Assembly (NCBI GenBank): GCA_964658305.1
Contig: OZ210885.1
Location: forward strand, 20,832,001-20,896,000
Direction of reading: 5' to 3'
DNA: 64,000 bases
Origin: Leptogorgia sarmentosa
Taxonomy: Eukaryota
Below, piece after piece: positions 1-13,060 of the stretch. Every line of letters begins with the position of its first letter. The first letter of the stretch is position 1. The notes beneath the pieces are model-generated. The model was given only the letters and a program-made list of their open reading frames with translations. It ran no database searches and was not told the DNA's origin. The translations under genes and the position numbers were made by a program.

Positions 1-346
1 AATTTCGCTCCAAAACGTTGAGTATATGAATATTCATATATTTCGCAGTACACAACAATGTTTGTTTGCCCCCTGGCGATCCCACAATGCATTGCGAGAT
101 AGCACGAAAACTTGAAATGTCAACATACCCATTGAAGAAGAAACTCCCTGTTAAGCGCTGCCATTTTGTTTTTTGCCATGTTGCATCTGACATCTTCATT
201 ATGTAAAACACAGAAAACGGAGCTCATCATCACAAAAATCTGCCAGATGAGGTGTTAATTAAAGGAAGCGATAAATCGTATGTTATTATACTATTAGCAT
301 GTTTGTAATGATGTTTGAAGGATCATAAGTATTTTTATGTCTTGTG

Positions 347-610
347 CTAGTCAGCAAGTTGATCCTCCTGCAAATTTGCTGCATTACTGATAAATTGCAA
401 CAGAACATTCTGAAATACAGTTAATTCGATGAAACCCCCTCTGTCTGACAGCTTTACATTGATATGAACCGACAACTGCTTCTTACAGCATCCTATACGC
501 ATTCCAGAGACACTAGCTGAAGCTTGCAAGATTCGTTTTGAGCAATTAGAACATAATGATACATCAACAGATCTGATGATATCAATGGTTTCGACATTGA
601 TTTCTTCGGA
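347..610 (-). pseudogene. Fragment of possible RPA/OB-fold-like, Cys-containing protein (TE cargo, Helitron-like context)
   Basis: ORF 347-649 has CSNCSK...GCCKK...IELTVF, resembling the Zn-ribbon OB fold of RPA70 C-termini. Resemblance only. Confidence 0.3.
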
Positions 611-628
611 AAAAGAAATATTTACAAA

Positions 629-1415
629 GTATGTCAAGGTTAGGGACATGGGCAGATCATATAATCATACAGGCAGTTGCAAATGCAAATAATTTGAGAA
701 TTCACATCATAGAAAGTGCAGGAAATTTTGTGAAACTACAGTTGTACCCTCTATCTATGTTGAGTCATGGAAATATAAGATATTTATAAAGGGTGTATAA
801 AAAAAATGGTAACACAAATGTGGCGCGCCATATTTCACCAAATCGTTGATGGATTTCATTGAGTTTGATATCATTTGAAAGTTCAGTTCATTACCTTTAA
901 GATGACACATTTTATGTGGTATTTAGTTAAGAAACCAGCGAGCAGTGCTTCGGTGAACGTTTCAAGTGAATATCGCATATTTCCACCGATGGGAATTGCA
1001 CGCGTTTCTTTTGAACTTTAGTCCCAAGAGGTTTAAACATCTTAATCACCCTGCAATTATAATTGCAATTCAAATTAGTGCGAGTTTTCATATTCAGCAA
1101 GCGACAAAAGTGAAAAAGATGGGTCAATTGACAATTGTTGATTAAAAATGCATATCCATTGTCTTGTTTATTCCCATCGGTGGAAATATGCAATTTTCAC
1201 TTAAAACGTTTACCGATGCACTGCTCGCTGGTTTCTTGACTAAATGCCACAAAAAAGATGTCATGTAAAAGAGGAACAATTGAACTTTTGAATGGTGTCA
1301 AACTCGATAAAATCCATTAATGATTTGTTGAGATATGGCGCGCCACATTTGTGTTACCATTTTTTTTATACAGCCTGTATAGGCCATCTAGACAAAGTGC
1401 ATTGTCTCTACTTTG
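629..1415 (+). pseudogene. OTU-like cysteine protease remnant split by a MITE (probably Helitron-associated)
   Basis: Reads SMSRLGTWADHIIIQAVANANNLRIHIIES before the MITE. Removing the MITE and one TA gives IYIGHLDKVH, the OTU His-box region. OTU domains occur in animal Helitron RepHel proteins. Confidence 0.55.
789..1377. mobile_element. Tc1/mariner-type MITE
   Basis: Imperfect ~208-bp TIRs (789-996 / 1170-1377). Termini (c/a)AGG(G/C)TGTATAAAAAAAATGGTAACAC. TA on both sides (787-788, 1378-1379). Confidence 0.85.
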
Positions 1416-1779
1416 CCAATTGTACAATTTGCTTGCGACCAAATAGGAAACCAGACTGCAACTGCCAAACTAAAACAAAACTCACAAAAGGCAAAATATA
1501 ATAAAAAATCCTCTCTCTGAGAACTCTGTTTCAATGCAAAATTTACACAGAAGAAAATATATGAAAACATGAAAAAAGGTCTAATAATGAATTTAAAATG
1601 AAAGAGACCAAAAGAGAGAAAAATTCATATTATAAAAAATACAAAAACTCGAAGCCTCAGAAAATAAAGGGCTCCTTGGCGAAAAGCCTCCGCAACCTAC
1701 AGACAATTGAATCCTAAGAAGGTAAAGGAGAATTTTAGGCTGTAAATTCGTCTTCATTCGTATCTTTGTCTTTTCCTGA

Positions 1780-2780
1780 TTTTCTAACTCTTTAATACTG
1801 GTAGACATGTTGCAGTGGAGTAAAAAATGTTGCTTTCTCTTGCATCCCTCTTTTGGGCATCCATGATATCTGCAAACAATGCTATAAGGACTTCGGGACA
1901 TGGGCTCAAGGCAGTTGAAACAAAGTCCTTTCTCTTTGGCCAGTTGTAGTCTATCGTTGAGCGACTTTCAAATAGGATGCAATTTGATAAGTGATGTCTT
2001 TTACAGCAGTTAGAACACTGAGGCCTACCAGACCCTTTCAAAGTTTGCTTTCCTTTCGAGTCTGCATTTAAGGCTGTGGCAGAAAAAGGAAGTTGTTCGT
2101 TCTCCCTGTATCCTTCCTCCTGTCTATCTTTGCCTCCATATCTAAAAGCTCTGTCCTTTTTTCGTTGTCCTTTGACCTTTAGAAGGCATTGCTTTTTGTT
2201 TAAATGTTGACTTCCATCGCTTCTTCCAACATCACATACAATCTCAGGAAGCCAAAGAAGTATTCCACCATAACTTGCTGATCGTCTTCTTCACTTTCGT
2301 ACTTAGATAACCGAAAATTCCCACTTACGGCAAATTTCATCAGGTGACTTTGAGTGAAGGATCGGGACCAAAATATGCTGTGCTTCCACAAGTTAGGGTT
2401 CATACGATTCCAAAGTACGATATCTACTAACCATAACGTCATAAAGACTTTGTAGTGAACGCGCTCCCACTTTTTCGATATTTAGTAAAGATTCCACCAA
2501 ATGTTCTATGATTAATCGTTTTTGTCCCTATCTTCTTTGAAGCCCCTCGATAGCTTTGGCGTAGTTAGCACCAGAAATGTCAATGTACTCAATGGCTCAT
2601 CTTGCCGTTCCTTTGACATACATTTGAAGGTAATTAAAGCGGCCACAGTCAGTCTGCGTTTCATTTTCATGAATGCAGATTTTGTACTGATCCCACCAAG
2701 AAACCCATTGTATAATATTTCCGGTTAATTCACTCAATGTCAACTTCGGTAGCCGTAAATTACTTGATACAGGGGTGTAA
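1780..2780 (-). mobile_element. Degenerate BEL/Pao LTR-retrotransposon gag fragment
   Basis: LRLPKLTLSELTGNIIQWVSWWDQY...FNYLQMYVKG (DUF1759-like), followed by zinc-knuckle remnants CSNCCKRHHLSNC and CPKEGCKRKQHFLLH. Confidence 0.75.
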
Positions 2781-4358
2781 GGCACTGACCAATAATTACA
2801 GGGATGGGAGGGGGGGTTAGCTTTTTTATGCATAAAAAAGGGCGGGTTAAAATTTTTTTGCACAAATTATTTAAACTGTCAACACAAAACAACACAACAT
2901 GATTTATTAAAATAATAAATTTTTCACACAGGCTATCATTAAAACAATCATCATCATTATCTATCTCCATCACCATTATCATCATCATTGTAATCATCAG
3001 TATTTGCATCAGAGGAGCAATCACTATCGTTTATGTAATTATTGTTACGTCTATTCATGTTTTCTGTTGCTCTCATTGCTTTTCTTTTGTTTGCTTTTCT
3101 TCGGTTTGCTTTTCTTCATTGCTTTTCTTCTTTTGTTGCTTGACCTTTGATTTCCCCTAAACATGTCACTGCATTGTTTCAATCTTTCTGTTAAAATATG
3201 TTCACTCTCCCAAACCTTTTCCTACTACATCTGAACAAAGTGATGAAGCATTGCGCAAGGTGGGAGAGATATTTCAAAATCGTACATGAAAGCGAATTGA
3301 AACTGTGCAACAAAAACTGGACGCTATAGAAAAAAAGATAGAAGGACAAAACAACTTTGTTGCCTCGTGCTTGAGAGGATTGCAAATATCTTGGAAACTG
3401 GTTGAATCAAACGGTGAAAACGTGGTGCCAGACCGCCTTGTTTGCTTGATGATGAGGACGAGCAATTCATTGGAAAAGCTATAGAAAATAAAACCACTTG
3501 ACATGGGAGATGCCATGAGACGACACTATTTACTCATCACAGAGTCGAAAAGAAAGATTTTCTTGCTCTTGCAAGTTATTCCTTGACAAAAAGAGGAAAG
3601 AAGTGTAAAATCTGCAACAACTGTTACTAATAGAGGGAAACCTGGAAATACCAGGTCGATAACAGCAAAGGTTCATCATGGAAAGTGGTTATGGTGCGCC
3701 AAAAAACCAACAAAAAAACATAATTTTGAATCAACACATCATCACATGCTCATGTTCGTAATGCAAAGCACAGTCTGTTTTCTGATGGACATAAAAAACA
3801 CGGCCTTGTTGTTAGTATATGGATGACAAGGCTTATCTTCAACCCGGTACTGGTGTTGGCGCGAGAAGTACGAAAAGTGTAGTTGTGTATGATGTTACCG
3901 ATTCTTCCAAAAGCCATGGACTTCCGCAACACGACTTCAATGAACCCAAGGTTAACCAAATGCCAGCATCATTTCGCTTTATCAAAGGCCACATCGAAGA
4001 GATTGACGGACAGCAGAAATCTTATTAGCAGCAGCGACCAAACTGTTGTTTTAATTGGACCAAAATATTACATGGGAAGCTCTGGCAGCATATGGGCTTC
4101 AGATTATATGTCATTAAGCCATGAGTACCCCACTCAATCAACAGTTATGCACAGTCAAGCGCTGCAAAAATTTGCATATTGTATACATGACACTCAAATA
4201 TTTTGCATATTATACATGGTGTATTTTCACTACTATGTTTGTTATACATACAAGCAGTGAAAGTTCAGGGGGGGTCAACATTATTCGTGCTATCCAGAAA
4301 GGGGGGTTGAAAAAAATCAGATAAGTAGTTTTGTGTTTGTACCAACCCCCTCATCCCT
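2781..4358 (+). mobile_element. Zator-like DNA transposon remnant
   Basis: Starts TAA|GGCACTGACCAATAATTACAGGGATG. Transposase-like fragments SMDDKAYLQPG...LPQHDF...PASFRF (3819-4130) resemble the Zator SxDDKA/LPxHD motifs. 4344-4358 is a partial inverted copy of the left subterminal sequence. Confidence 0.5.
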
Positions 4359-4727
4359 TATGTTCAGCAGTGGATAACTGCTTTTTGATTCTTCTTGTAT
4401 AGAAATCTGTTGCTCTGCTAACATTGTGATTTCCAATAAGCCTTTCCGCTTCGGCACGTTGCAGTATTGTCTGTTCAGCTTGATCTTGTGCCCTTACTGT
4501 TTGATGTAATATTCTCTTTGGCTTGCTGCTCTTAGGCATGAAGGCATGAGCAACATGTGTAAAAACAACTTTTGATTATAGTATTTTTTTAAATATAATT
4601 ACAATTAAAACAGTCTAATGTTTAAAATAAACGATTTACCTGCTGAAACAGGATCCACTATGCACCGGTCAGGTCAAAACCATCCACCAGACAGTATGCA
4701 AACTACACAAATGATATAAATTAGCAA

Positions 4728-4797
4728 ATAAATAATAATAATAATAATTATTATAATATTATTATAATATTATAATAATAATAATTAATAATAATAA
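4728..4797. repeat. (AAT)n microsatellite
   Basis: Direct reading of the sequence. Confidence 0.9.
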
Positions 4798-5554
4798 GAA
4801 ACAAAATGGTATAAAAACTTACAACACAAATATATACACCACAAATATATACACCACAGGTATAACTATCACGCTTTATACAATTCTTAGGTTGGAGGCA
4901 CGTTTTGATATCAACCAACTTGCTATAAGAATCAGGGTTGCCAGGTCCTCAGAATCAAAATAAGCCAAAGTGCATGTCTAAAATAAGCCAAACCCAAACT
5001 CGTACCCAGATCTCATCCCTAATGCGCTGTCAGGTGCCCGACTATGGGAATAACTTTTCCACGGGCGGAGAGAGAGGTTGAGCCAATAATACAGGGGGTT
5101 GCCAAAAAAAAAGAGCCCCCTTGTCTCACACAGAAATAAACAAGGTTTATACAAGTCATATTCCTTATGTCGTAAAAAAAGGATTGCACAACAAATGAGA
5201 TGTAGAGAAATAGTCCTATTTCACTCTAAGAACACAACATTTGGTAAGCAATATGATATCCGCAACCTTTGATGATCTGTGGACTGCACCCAAGGATGTT
5301 CTAGACAAGTTTATGAACGTATTCATGGTTGTTATTCTTCCAACCCTGACTCCTCAAATAACTACTCCTCAATTCGAGACGAACATTTCATATCTAGTCT
5401 TCTCTCCTGGCTCCGCAACAAATTCTCAATGGGATTGAGGTCTGGGCTTTGTGTTAGCAGAAGAACACTTCAATTTTCAATTAAAATTGATTCCTCAGAT
5501 AATATTCCACAATACGAATCGTTCCTGGGAGTCCTTGCCATGCTGCCATATTAA

Positions 5555-6817
5555 GAGCGTCCGCCTGTAATAACTGAGGATATCCGGTCAACTGAAAAAT
5601 TTCATTTTTTTTTCATTTCACCAAATCATCCCACTTGCAATATTTGTTAAGGGAAAAATAGTAACAAGCTGCTTCCAATTATTTTTCTTGCGATACTCGC
5701 GAAATTCTGATTTTGTGGCTAACAAGTTTATTTACGCGCGCAAATCAGCTGACTTTTAGGCAAACTTTGTGGAACAGCTGACGGTCAAATATAAAGCCAA
5801 TGATTCCCAAATCTCTCACATGTTTAGAGGTGCTATTTAAGTTTACTATCTGGTTGTTTCTGCGATCCTAACTTTTATTGTTACTTTTTTACAGAATTTT
5901 TTATGCGACCCTTTTTGAAGTCTCGCAAAATATTAAAAAATTGCGGAAGTTTAATGGGCAAAAACCACTTCTGGTACCTAATATTTTGAAATAATGAAGA
6001 CATTACATGAAAGCCGGACTATTAATTGCTATACAACAGAAGTGCCGTGCTTGAAATCGAAGTGGTTTGTATTTACTAATACGAGTTATGTTAGGTACAT
6101 CAGGTCACTCTAGTCACGCCGAACGAGGCGTAACACTATAAACAGATGTCGAATTTTCGAAAAGATCCCTGATAATTATAACGTTCTCGTAAATTTTCTT
6201 AAATTGTTGATACAAAGAGTACAATTAGGCGATCAAACCGGAATATTAAAGCATTTACAATGTCTTCATAGCGAATGCCAGACTATAAATTGGATGTAAA
6301 CAAATAACGCAATGACTGTGTCGCTGCTACTTATACAATCTTTTCATACGGATAAACAATATCTTGTCAAGTCCTTTATAGCAGTGGTCCTTGATTCCAT
6401 ACAGTTCGCAGGAATTGGAAGTTAAAACAAACTAATTGTGTTGCCGTAAGGCTATATTTAGTGACTGGCTGCCGGCGGTCTGTCACACCAGAAATGAATC
6501 TATTGTTGAAAGTGTGTCGTATTTCATGATTGTGCATTATTTACCCTTAGACAATGTTTACAGCATGCCAGCACAAAAAGCTAACTGCACAATTCACGTC
6601 TGTTCACACGACGCCTTCTTAGATACCGTCTTAGTTTTGTTACTAGTTTACGAGTGTTCACACAACTATATCGTTTACTTCCGGTACTTTTCGCGGAATT
6701 CTGCCGATTTCCCGGAATTTAGCAATTACCGTCCTTACAATTAAATTTGCTTTTTGTCGACTACTCATCCATCATCAGTTCTGTGTAACAACGTTGTTCT
6801 CTGTGGTAGTAGTCAGC
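5555..6817 (+). repeat. Left TIR of Sola3-like element (~1.26 kb; diverged extension to ~6985)
   Basis: Reverse complement of 13492-14755 with a few substitutions and small indels. Confidence 0.95.
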
Positions 6818-7080
6818 ATAAGGATGGCATCGCGCGGCTACTCCTTGCTTTTAGAAAATGCCGGCAATTGTGGAGTAAGTCCTGAATACCCGAAGCAGAA
6901 TGTGTTTCTCACGTTAAGCGACTGTCAAAGAGATATTTCTGATCACTTAAAATTTTGTAAGATCAGTGGGGAGAAGGATTTAGACAGCGAAATGAAGTTG
7001 CTGCTTGTCCGAGCAGGTAGGATGAATGGTGATTGTCTAATATACCGTGCATAATTGTTACTTATATCGTATATGTCCTG

Positions 7081-7213
7081 GGGCAGGTTGCATAAAAACG
7101 TAATAGTAAGTGTGAAAGTTAGCCAATCAGGTTCGCGTATTTATGAGTTAACTACTATTTAACTACGAAACGGATGGTGAAAATGTATTTAAGAGTTTTT
7201 ATACAACCAGCCC
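7081..7213. mobile_element. 133-bp Harbinger-like MITE in Sola intron 1
   Basis: TIR GGGC(A/T)GGTTG(C/T)ATAAAAAC, flanked by CTG / CAG (CWG-type 3-bp site). Confidence 0.6.
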
Positions 7214-8607
7214 CAGAACTATAGGCACAAAAAATCAAAATACTACAGCTAACTAAAAACTGTAGTACGGAAGGTCGCTTACGCTGTATAACTATGGTGT
7301 GGATTATTAAATTAGGTTTCCTTGGTTCCAAGTGAAACGGGTTGGAATAATTCTCAGATAACACAAAATATTCATAAAACATATAATTTTTATAGGTATT
7401 TTTGCAATAGAAGATAAACATCAATCCATCACAATCTGTCCTCGTCATAGGGCTGAGTATGGCATTCGCTGGAGAACAAGGAAAGTAAGGTGCGCAGTAC
7501 CTATGGAGATAGCTGCACATAGATCTGTGGCAGCAAAAGGCGCTAAACCACTGCTATGTAAAGAATCAGAATATATAAAGGAGGAAACAGGAAAATGTGT
7601 CGAGGTTGGATTATGTAAGTTATCATCCTTTTAGCAAGGATCATGCGCGTATTATGTGCAGAGGGGAGAGGAACAGGGGGTAAATCTCTAACCTCCCAAT
7701 ATAGCCATGTTTCATTTGATAGTTTAGGGACTGTTCATTTCCTTCAATGCGGGATTTGACATACAAAACAGTCGTAAGGCAAGTTGGAGGAACGCACCTG
7801 TGTCTCCACTACCTCTTATTTACCAGACATCATCAAAATCAGGAAATTAAATTAAAATTTCAATCTATTATATCACAAGAGACATATATACTATGCAGTA
7901 TATAAATTAATCTGTAAAATGCTTTTGCAATACCTTATAACACTCGAGACAAACGTTTATCTACAGTTCTTTACTTCATTCTCACTCTATCTTCCTAATT
8001 TTGGAACTTGGAATCAATGTCTACCATCTCCCTACCTTTTACTAGGTCATTTTTACCTCCTCCCTAAATTGTACCTCTCCCTTCTCTGCGCTTATATGAC
8101 GCGTTATTTTTTCTCTTTACAGTTATATGCGGTTTGTGTAAGCAGGCAATCAAGGATAAGCTTGAGATGTCTTCCGAAAACAATGTTGGGCCAAGTGCTT
8201 CTGAAGTCAATCCTACGTTAACAAGTGAAGTATGAAAATTATCCATTCTATAAGTCAATAGCTTTTTCACCTTAAAATACAGGAAGCCCAGCTTCCAGTT
8301 TTGATACAAAGCGAACAGCATTTAAAAACTGTAATATCACAGGGTACACTAAAAAGTGGTGGGGGGTTGCTATAATCCCGTCTCAGGAGCTATTGGAAAC
8401 CAAACTAACTAGAAAATGGAAACCAAAAGGTCATTTTTGTCTCAAATTTGCGTATCGTGTAACACTTAACCGATAGTTCATGTTGATTGGCAACTCTGCT
8501 ATATCGTGAAGGCGATAATTGCATTCGTAGGTGAGCTTCTCTCGTCCAGATCGCTCGACCATGTATAATACAATCTAGCGTTGCTGGCACAAACTCTAGC
8601 GGTGTTT

Positions 8608-8678
8608 GTAGTAGTAGCAGCAGTAGCAGTAGCAGCAGTAGCAGTAGCAGTAGCAGTAGTAGTAACAGTAGTAGTAGT
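8608..8678. repeat. (AGT/AGC)n microsatellite
   Basis: Direct reading of the sequence. Confidence 0.9.
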
Positions 8679-8787
8679 ATGTTATTCAGCTCAATCCCCT
8701 ACTGACCGATTACATCAAATGTTAATTAGACTTACTTTTGACCTAAACTAGCTATTTTTACAACAATTGAGATTTTACTTCCATATC

Positions 8788-8976
8788 TGTGTTTATCCTA
8801 ACCCATCCTGTCAAGTTCCCTGTGGGAGGAAACCGAACTGCCTGGAGAAAACCCACGACCTTCGGCAGAGCGTTGACTTATACTTTTATCAAATTAGAAC
8901 TGGGTTCGAGTCACATTGACAAGAAGCACCTGGGATTTGAGCCCGCGACCTTAGAAGTGAAAGGCAAGTGGTCTAA
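8788..8976 (-). mobile_element. tRNA-derived SINE with V-domain-like core, in Sola intron 3
   Basis: Minus strand has a tRNA-like head with degenerate B box (GGGCTCAAATCCC), then GTGGGTTTTCTCCAGGCAGTTCGGTTTCCTCCCACA, which resembles the V-SINE core. Confidence 0.65.
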
Positions 8977-11900
8977 GTGATTAACTAGATTGTATTTGGT
9001 AAATACTAAAATCGCTAATCACTAGCATTATTTGTCTAATTCGCAATAGGAAATAGAAGAAAATGCGTCTCCTGATGAGAGTACAGGGTCCCTCAAAGAA
9101 GCCTTTACCCAGTTAGAAGTCACTGATCAGGAGGAGTCTTTATTTACCTATTTTTCTCCAGACACCGAAAGTACTGCATCAACACAAAGTGATGAACCGT
9201 CAGTGACTGCGCAAAGTAGCGCAAGACAATTTCTTAATCCATTCCTTATATCATGTGGCATTACTCCTATAGCTCAACCGTGGGAAAAATGGAGGAACTC
9301 AAGTGAAAGAACGAAGCGGCGCTACACAACGAAATCGGCAGAGATGGTTTTTGCTCTGCTCAAAACTGTAACTCCCGATGAAGAAAGCGCCTGTAGTGTA
9401 TGGAAGCAGCTCACCTCCTCTTCTCATATGCAGGATATGTTTGGTTTGCAACCCTTGAGTTTTCCGGAGCAAAAGTATTTGGAGGCGCTTGCAGAAGCTT
9501 ACAGCAATGCGTCAAGTTGGGAAACGCACAGACAAGTCTTGTCTATTATGTCTGGAATAGCAAAATACAGCACACTCAGCGAGTATATTCCAGGTTTGAC
9601 GCAGTATAGGTATTCAATGGCAAACTTACATCGCCTACAATTTGGCGCAGGAGCGGAGTTATCGACAGAAAAAACGCATTCTACAATACGATTAGACGTA
9701 AAGCAACTAGACCACTTTCTAGATTTTATAACCAGCCCTCATTTGGTGCAAGATCTTCCTTTTGGCAGAAGACACCTCAAGTTGTCAACTGGCGAAGTAA
9801 TCGAAGTACCAAACATCATAAGAACTATGATTCCACAAAGAATTGTTAAACAATACCAGAAACATTGTGATGAAATCAATTTCAAGCCATTCAGCGAGAG
9901 AACAATGCTTCGAGTTTTGTCGGAATGTAATGCATCGGTGCGAAAGTCTCTTCAGGGGTTGGACTACTTTGCAGCTGAGGGAGCCCAAGCCTTTGACAAT
10001 CTGATAGAAGTAGTCCGACAGATAAGTGAACTTGGGGCTAGCAAGAACTGGGAAAAACTGACAACAGATTCTCTGAAATCCGCAAAGAGGTACCTCAAAG
10101 GAGATTACAAGGTAAAATCTTTTGTCCGGCGCTGTAATGGAGAAAATTCTCGCGCTGACTTTTCTTCCATTCGTATAATATCAGCGATTAATAGCCGTGT
10201 GGAAATCTTAATCTCAATACAAATACTAAAGCCCAACAAGTAACATGTACTAATGACATGAATAATTTAATGTTTTATTTAGATAAAACGCCTCGTCTGT
10301 ATTTAATTTCTTATTCATCTTTTATTAATTCTTTGAATGTTGGCATGGTGAAAATAATATAATTTGTATTTTGCAGAATACACCACGTAATTTTACTTCC
10401 GCAAGGCTTTCGATCCATAAGCCCGGAGCACTGATGAAGAACCAGGCTCACGGATCGAAAGTTTGCGAAAATAAAATTACGTGGTGTATTCTACAAAATA
10501 TAAATTATATCATCTTCCATTGTTGGAATTCAAGGAATCGTATTACAATATTTAGGTTTTGGCTCTTATTCTAACAGGTTCACGTGACTAATTCCTCGCA
10601 GGTTGCGGATCATTGCATACTGTACTCGTTAAGCGATAGTGCTCAAAAAGAATTCAGGGAAGTTTGCGACCACACACACCACGAGTGTTGCGACCGCTGT
10701 AAAGCTCTGGAGGATACACTCAAAGACGTAGCTGAAAAAGTCAGAGGCCAAATTTCAAGGAGGCCTTAGATTTGTTGGACGAGGAGACTGTCTTCATCGT
10801 AAATGACTGGGCTATGAAGTTCTTGCCCAGGAAATACCGCGAGTCTCAGACAGACTGGTTTGGGAACGCGGTGTGTCCTGGCACATCTCCGTTGTATATC
10901 GTCGGCCCAATGGAGTTCTGCAGTGGCAAGGTTTGATCCACATCATACAGTCATGTGGCCAGGGAAGTGCCGCCGTCGTCCATATCATGGAAGACGTCTT
11001 AAAGCTAATCAAGCATGACTACCCTCAAATCAAGAAAGCCTACTTCGGCCAAGATAATGCAGGGTGCTACCACTCCAATGAGACAGTCACATCCTGCCCG
11101 TTAATATCGAAGTCAACTGGGATCAATATCGCACATATTGACTTCAGCGATCCTCAAGGTGGCAAAGGTGCAGCTGATCGACTGGCAGCGACATGTAAAG
11201 CGCATATAAGAAGATTTACAAATGAAGGCCACAACGTCACAACGGCAGATCAGTTGAAAGAGGCCATCACTTCATATGGGGGAGTGCAAGGGGTGAGGGT
11301 CACAGCCATGGAGAGTGTCAAGGAGTCGCTTGAAAATCCACAAAAGATCCCGAGAATCAGCAAGCTGAACAACTTTCAATTTGACAAGAATGCCATGAAG
11401 GCGTGGCGAAGCTACAGCATTGGCAAAGGAAAAGAGATGAAAATTGAAGAGACTGGAAAAGGTATTTACTTAAATTTATGATGATGTTAATGGTGATTTT
11501 GATGGCAATAATGATGATGGCGGATAATATATCTTAATGGTGATGATCGTGGTGATAATTATTGTTACTATTTTTTTAATTTACTGCTAAGTTGTTGTTG
11601 TCGTTGTTTTTGTTATTTTTGTTATTGTTATTGTTGTTTTTGTTATTGTTCCCAGAACCAAATTACGATTCGTTTTCGTCATTTTCGCCCGGAGACTTCA
11701 AATCTCTTGGATCTAAAACTACCACATCAGAAGAGGAAAACCCTGCTGTTGAAAGCCCTTCTGTTGAAGCTGACGTGGAGAAGAATGAACCCCAGCTACA
11801 GTCAGCAGCGGCAACAGTGTTTACCTGCCCTGAAGAAGGCTGCGTTCGCGTTTTCCAGAGGCTGTCAGCATTAGATAAGCACCTCTCCTTGGAAAAGTGC

Positions 11901-13060
11901 ACCAAGTCTTTGGAAAGATATTCTTAGCTAGACTTGGCAAAGATTGGCTACCAGTCAAAGCTAGAAGAAGGTGTTGGTACGGTACCAACCATTACACCTC
12001 AATTTGAAAAGAGCTCAAGTGGAACGGCAACTGAGGGCTGGGCCCTAAGAGCAGCCAAAAAATACTACAGATTCAGCTCAAAGCAAAAAGAATATCTGGA
12101 TGCCAAATTTGAAATAGGCAGAGTCAGTGGTAGAAAGCTAAACGGCGAATTCGTGGCACGACAAATGAGGCGCGCTCAAGGTCCAGATGGGATGCGCTTG
12201 TTTGGTGTTTCTGAGTTCTTGTCACACCAACAAATAAACTCATATTTCTCCCGCCTTGCAGCAAAACAAAAAGAAAAGCCCATTGACGAGAACGACCTAG
12301 CCGCGTTCGAAGAAGAAAGTAACTTTGCTGCTGCTAGGACTGCTGCCTTGCAAAACATAAACATGGAGCACCCCATTACCTACGACCAGTACAATATTTG
12401 TAACATGGTAGCACATGGCACCCTCAAGGAACTAAAGCTGTTCATGCTACAAAGCATGTGCAAAGATCTTGAGCTAGACGTGCCAACAAAAGACATCCGT
12501 GCAAAAGCCCCCTATATTAAATTACTGTCAGAGGCAACATTGAGATGTACTTGCCAAAAAGACCATGCAAGCTAACCTAGCAATGAAGCACACATAGGCA
12601 GGCGTTTCTAGTAGCTAGGTAATGCTGTCGCCAGGAAAGAACACCTGCCATGTCCTTGTAAACACGACATATCAATTATTGTCAACAATATAGTGTTTCT
12701 TTTGGCGTGAAGCCGAACGAAAGTTAGTAATTTAATACATATGTTTCTTATGTATACATATGTAAGCGTACAATGACAATGCAAAATCAGGGCTGAAATG
12801 CAGGACGGACCGGAACGGGGGCGCTTTCTTTTTATGACATATCCATTACTTATTTTAATTCGTTTAAACGTTTTTCGGTCCACTCCTTCTCCTTGTCTAC
12901 ACTGATCTTACAAGATTTCATGTAATCAGAAATGTCCAAAAATATCTCTCTTTGACAGTCGCTTAACGTGAGAAACACAATCTGCTTCGGGTAGGACTTA
13001 CTCCACAATTTGTTCAAAGCAAGGAATAGACGCACGATGTCATCTTTATACTCACTACCA

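Larger units (their letters stand above)
6824..12575 (+). pseudogene. Six-exon Sola3-type DDE transposase with C2H2-like finger, disrupted
   Basis: Phase-compatible GT-AG exons 6824-7016, 7396-7614, 8123-8229, 9050-10111, 10578-11461, 11656-12575. Deletion/frameshift near 10755, frameshift near 10866, stop at 11925-11927. CPEEGCVRVF...H finger. Confidence 0.8.

Noticed and set aside
66..79. CTCF-like site TGCCCCCTGGCG
   Set aside because: Single short match. CTCF is not known from cnidarians, the likely source.
6436..6744. Duplicated 102/136-aa ORF (also 13444-13854)
   Set aside because: Incidental ORFs in the two TIR arms, with non-ATG starts and no recognisable domain.
11480..11655. Hydrophobic Leu-rich signal peptide at the start of ORF 11592
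   Set aside because: Translation of an intronic (TTG/TTA) low-complexity tract. The exon starts at 11656.
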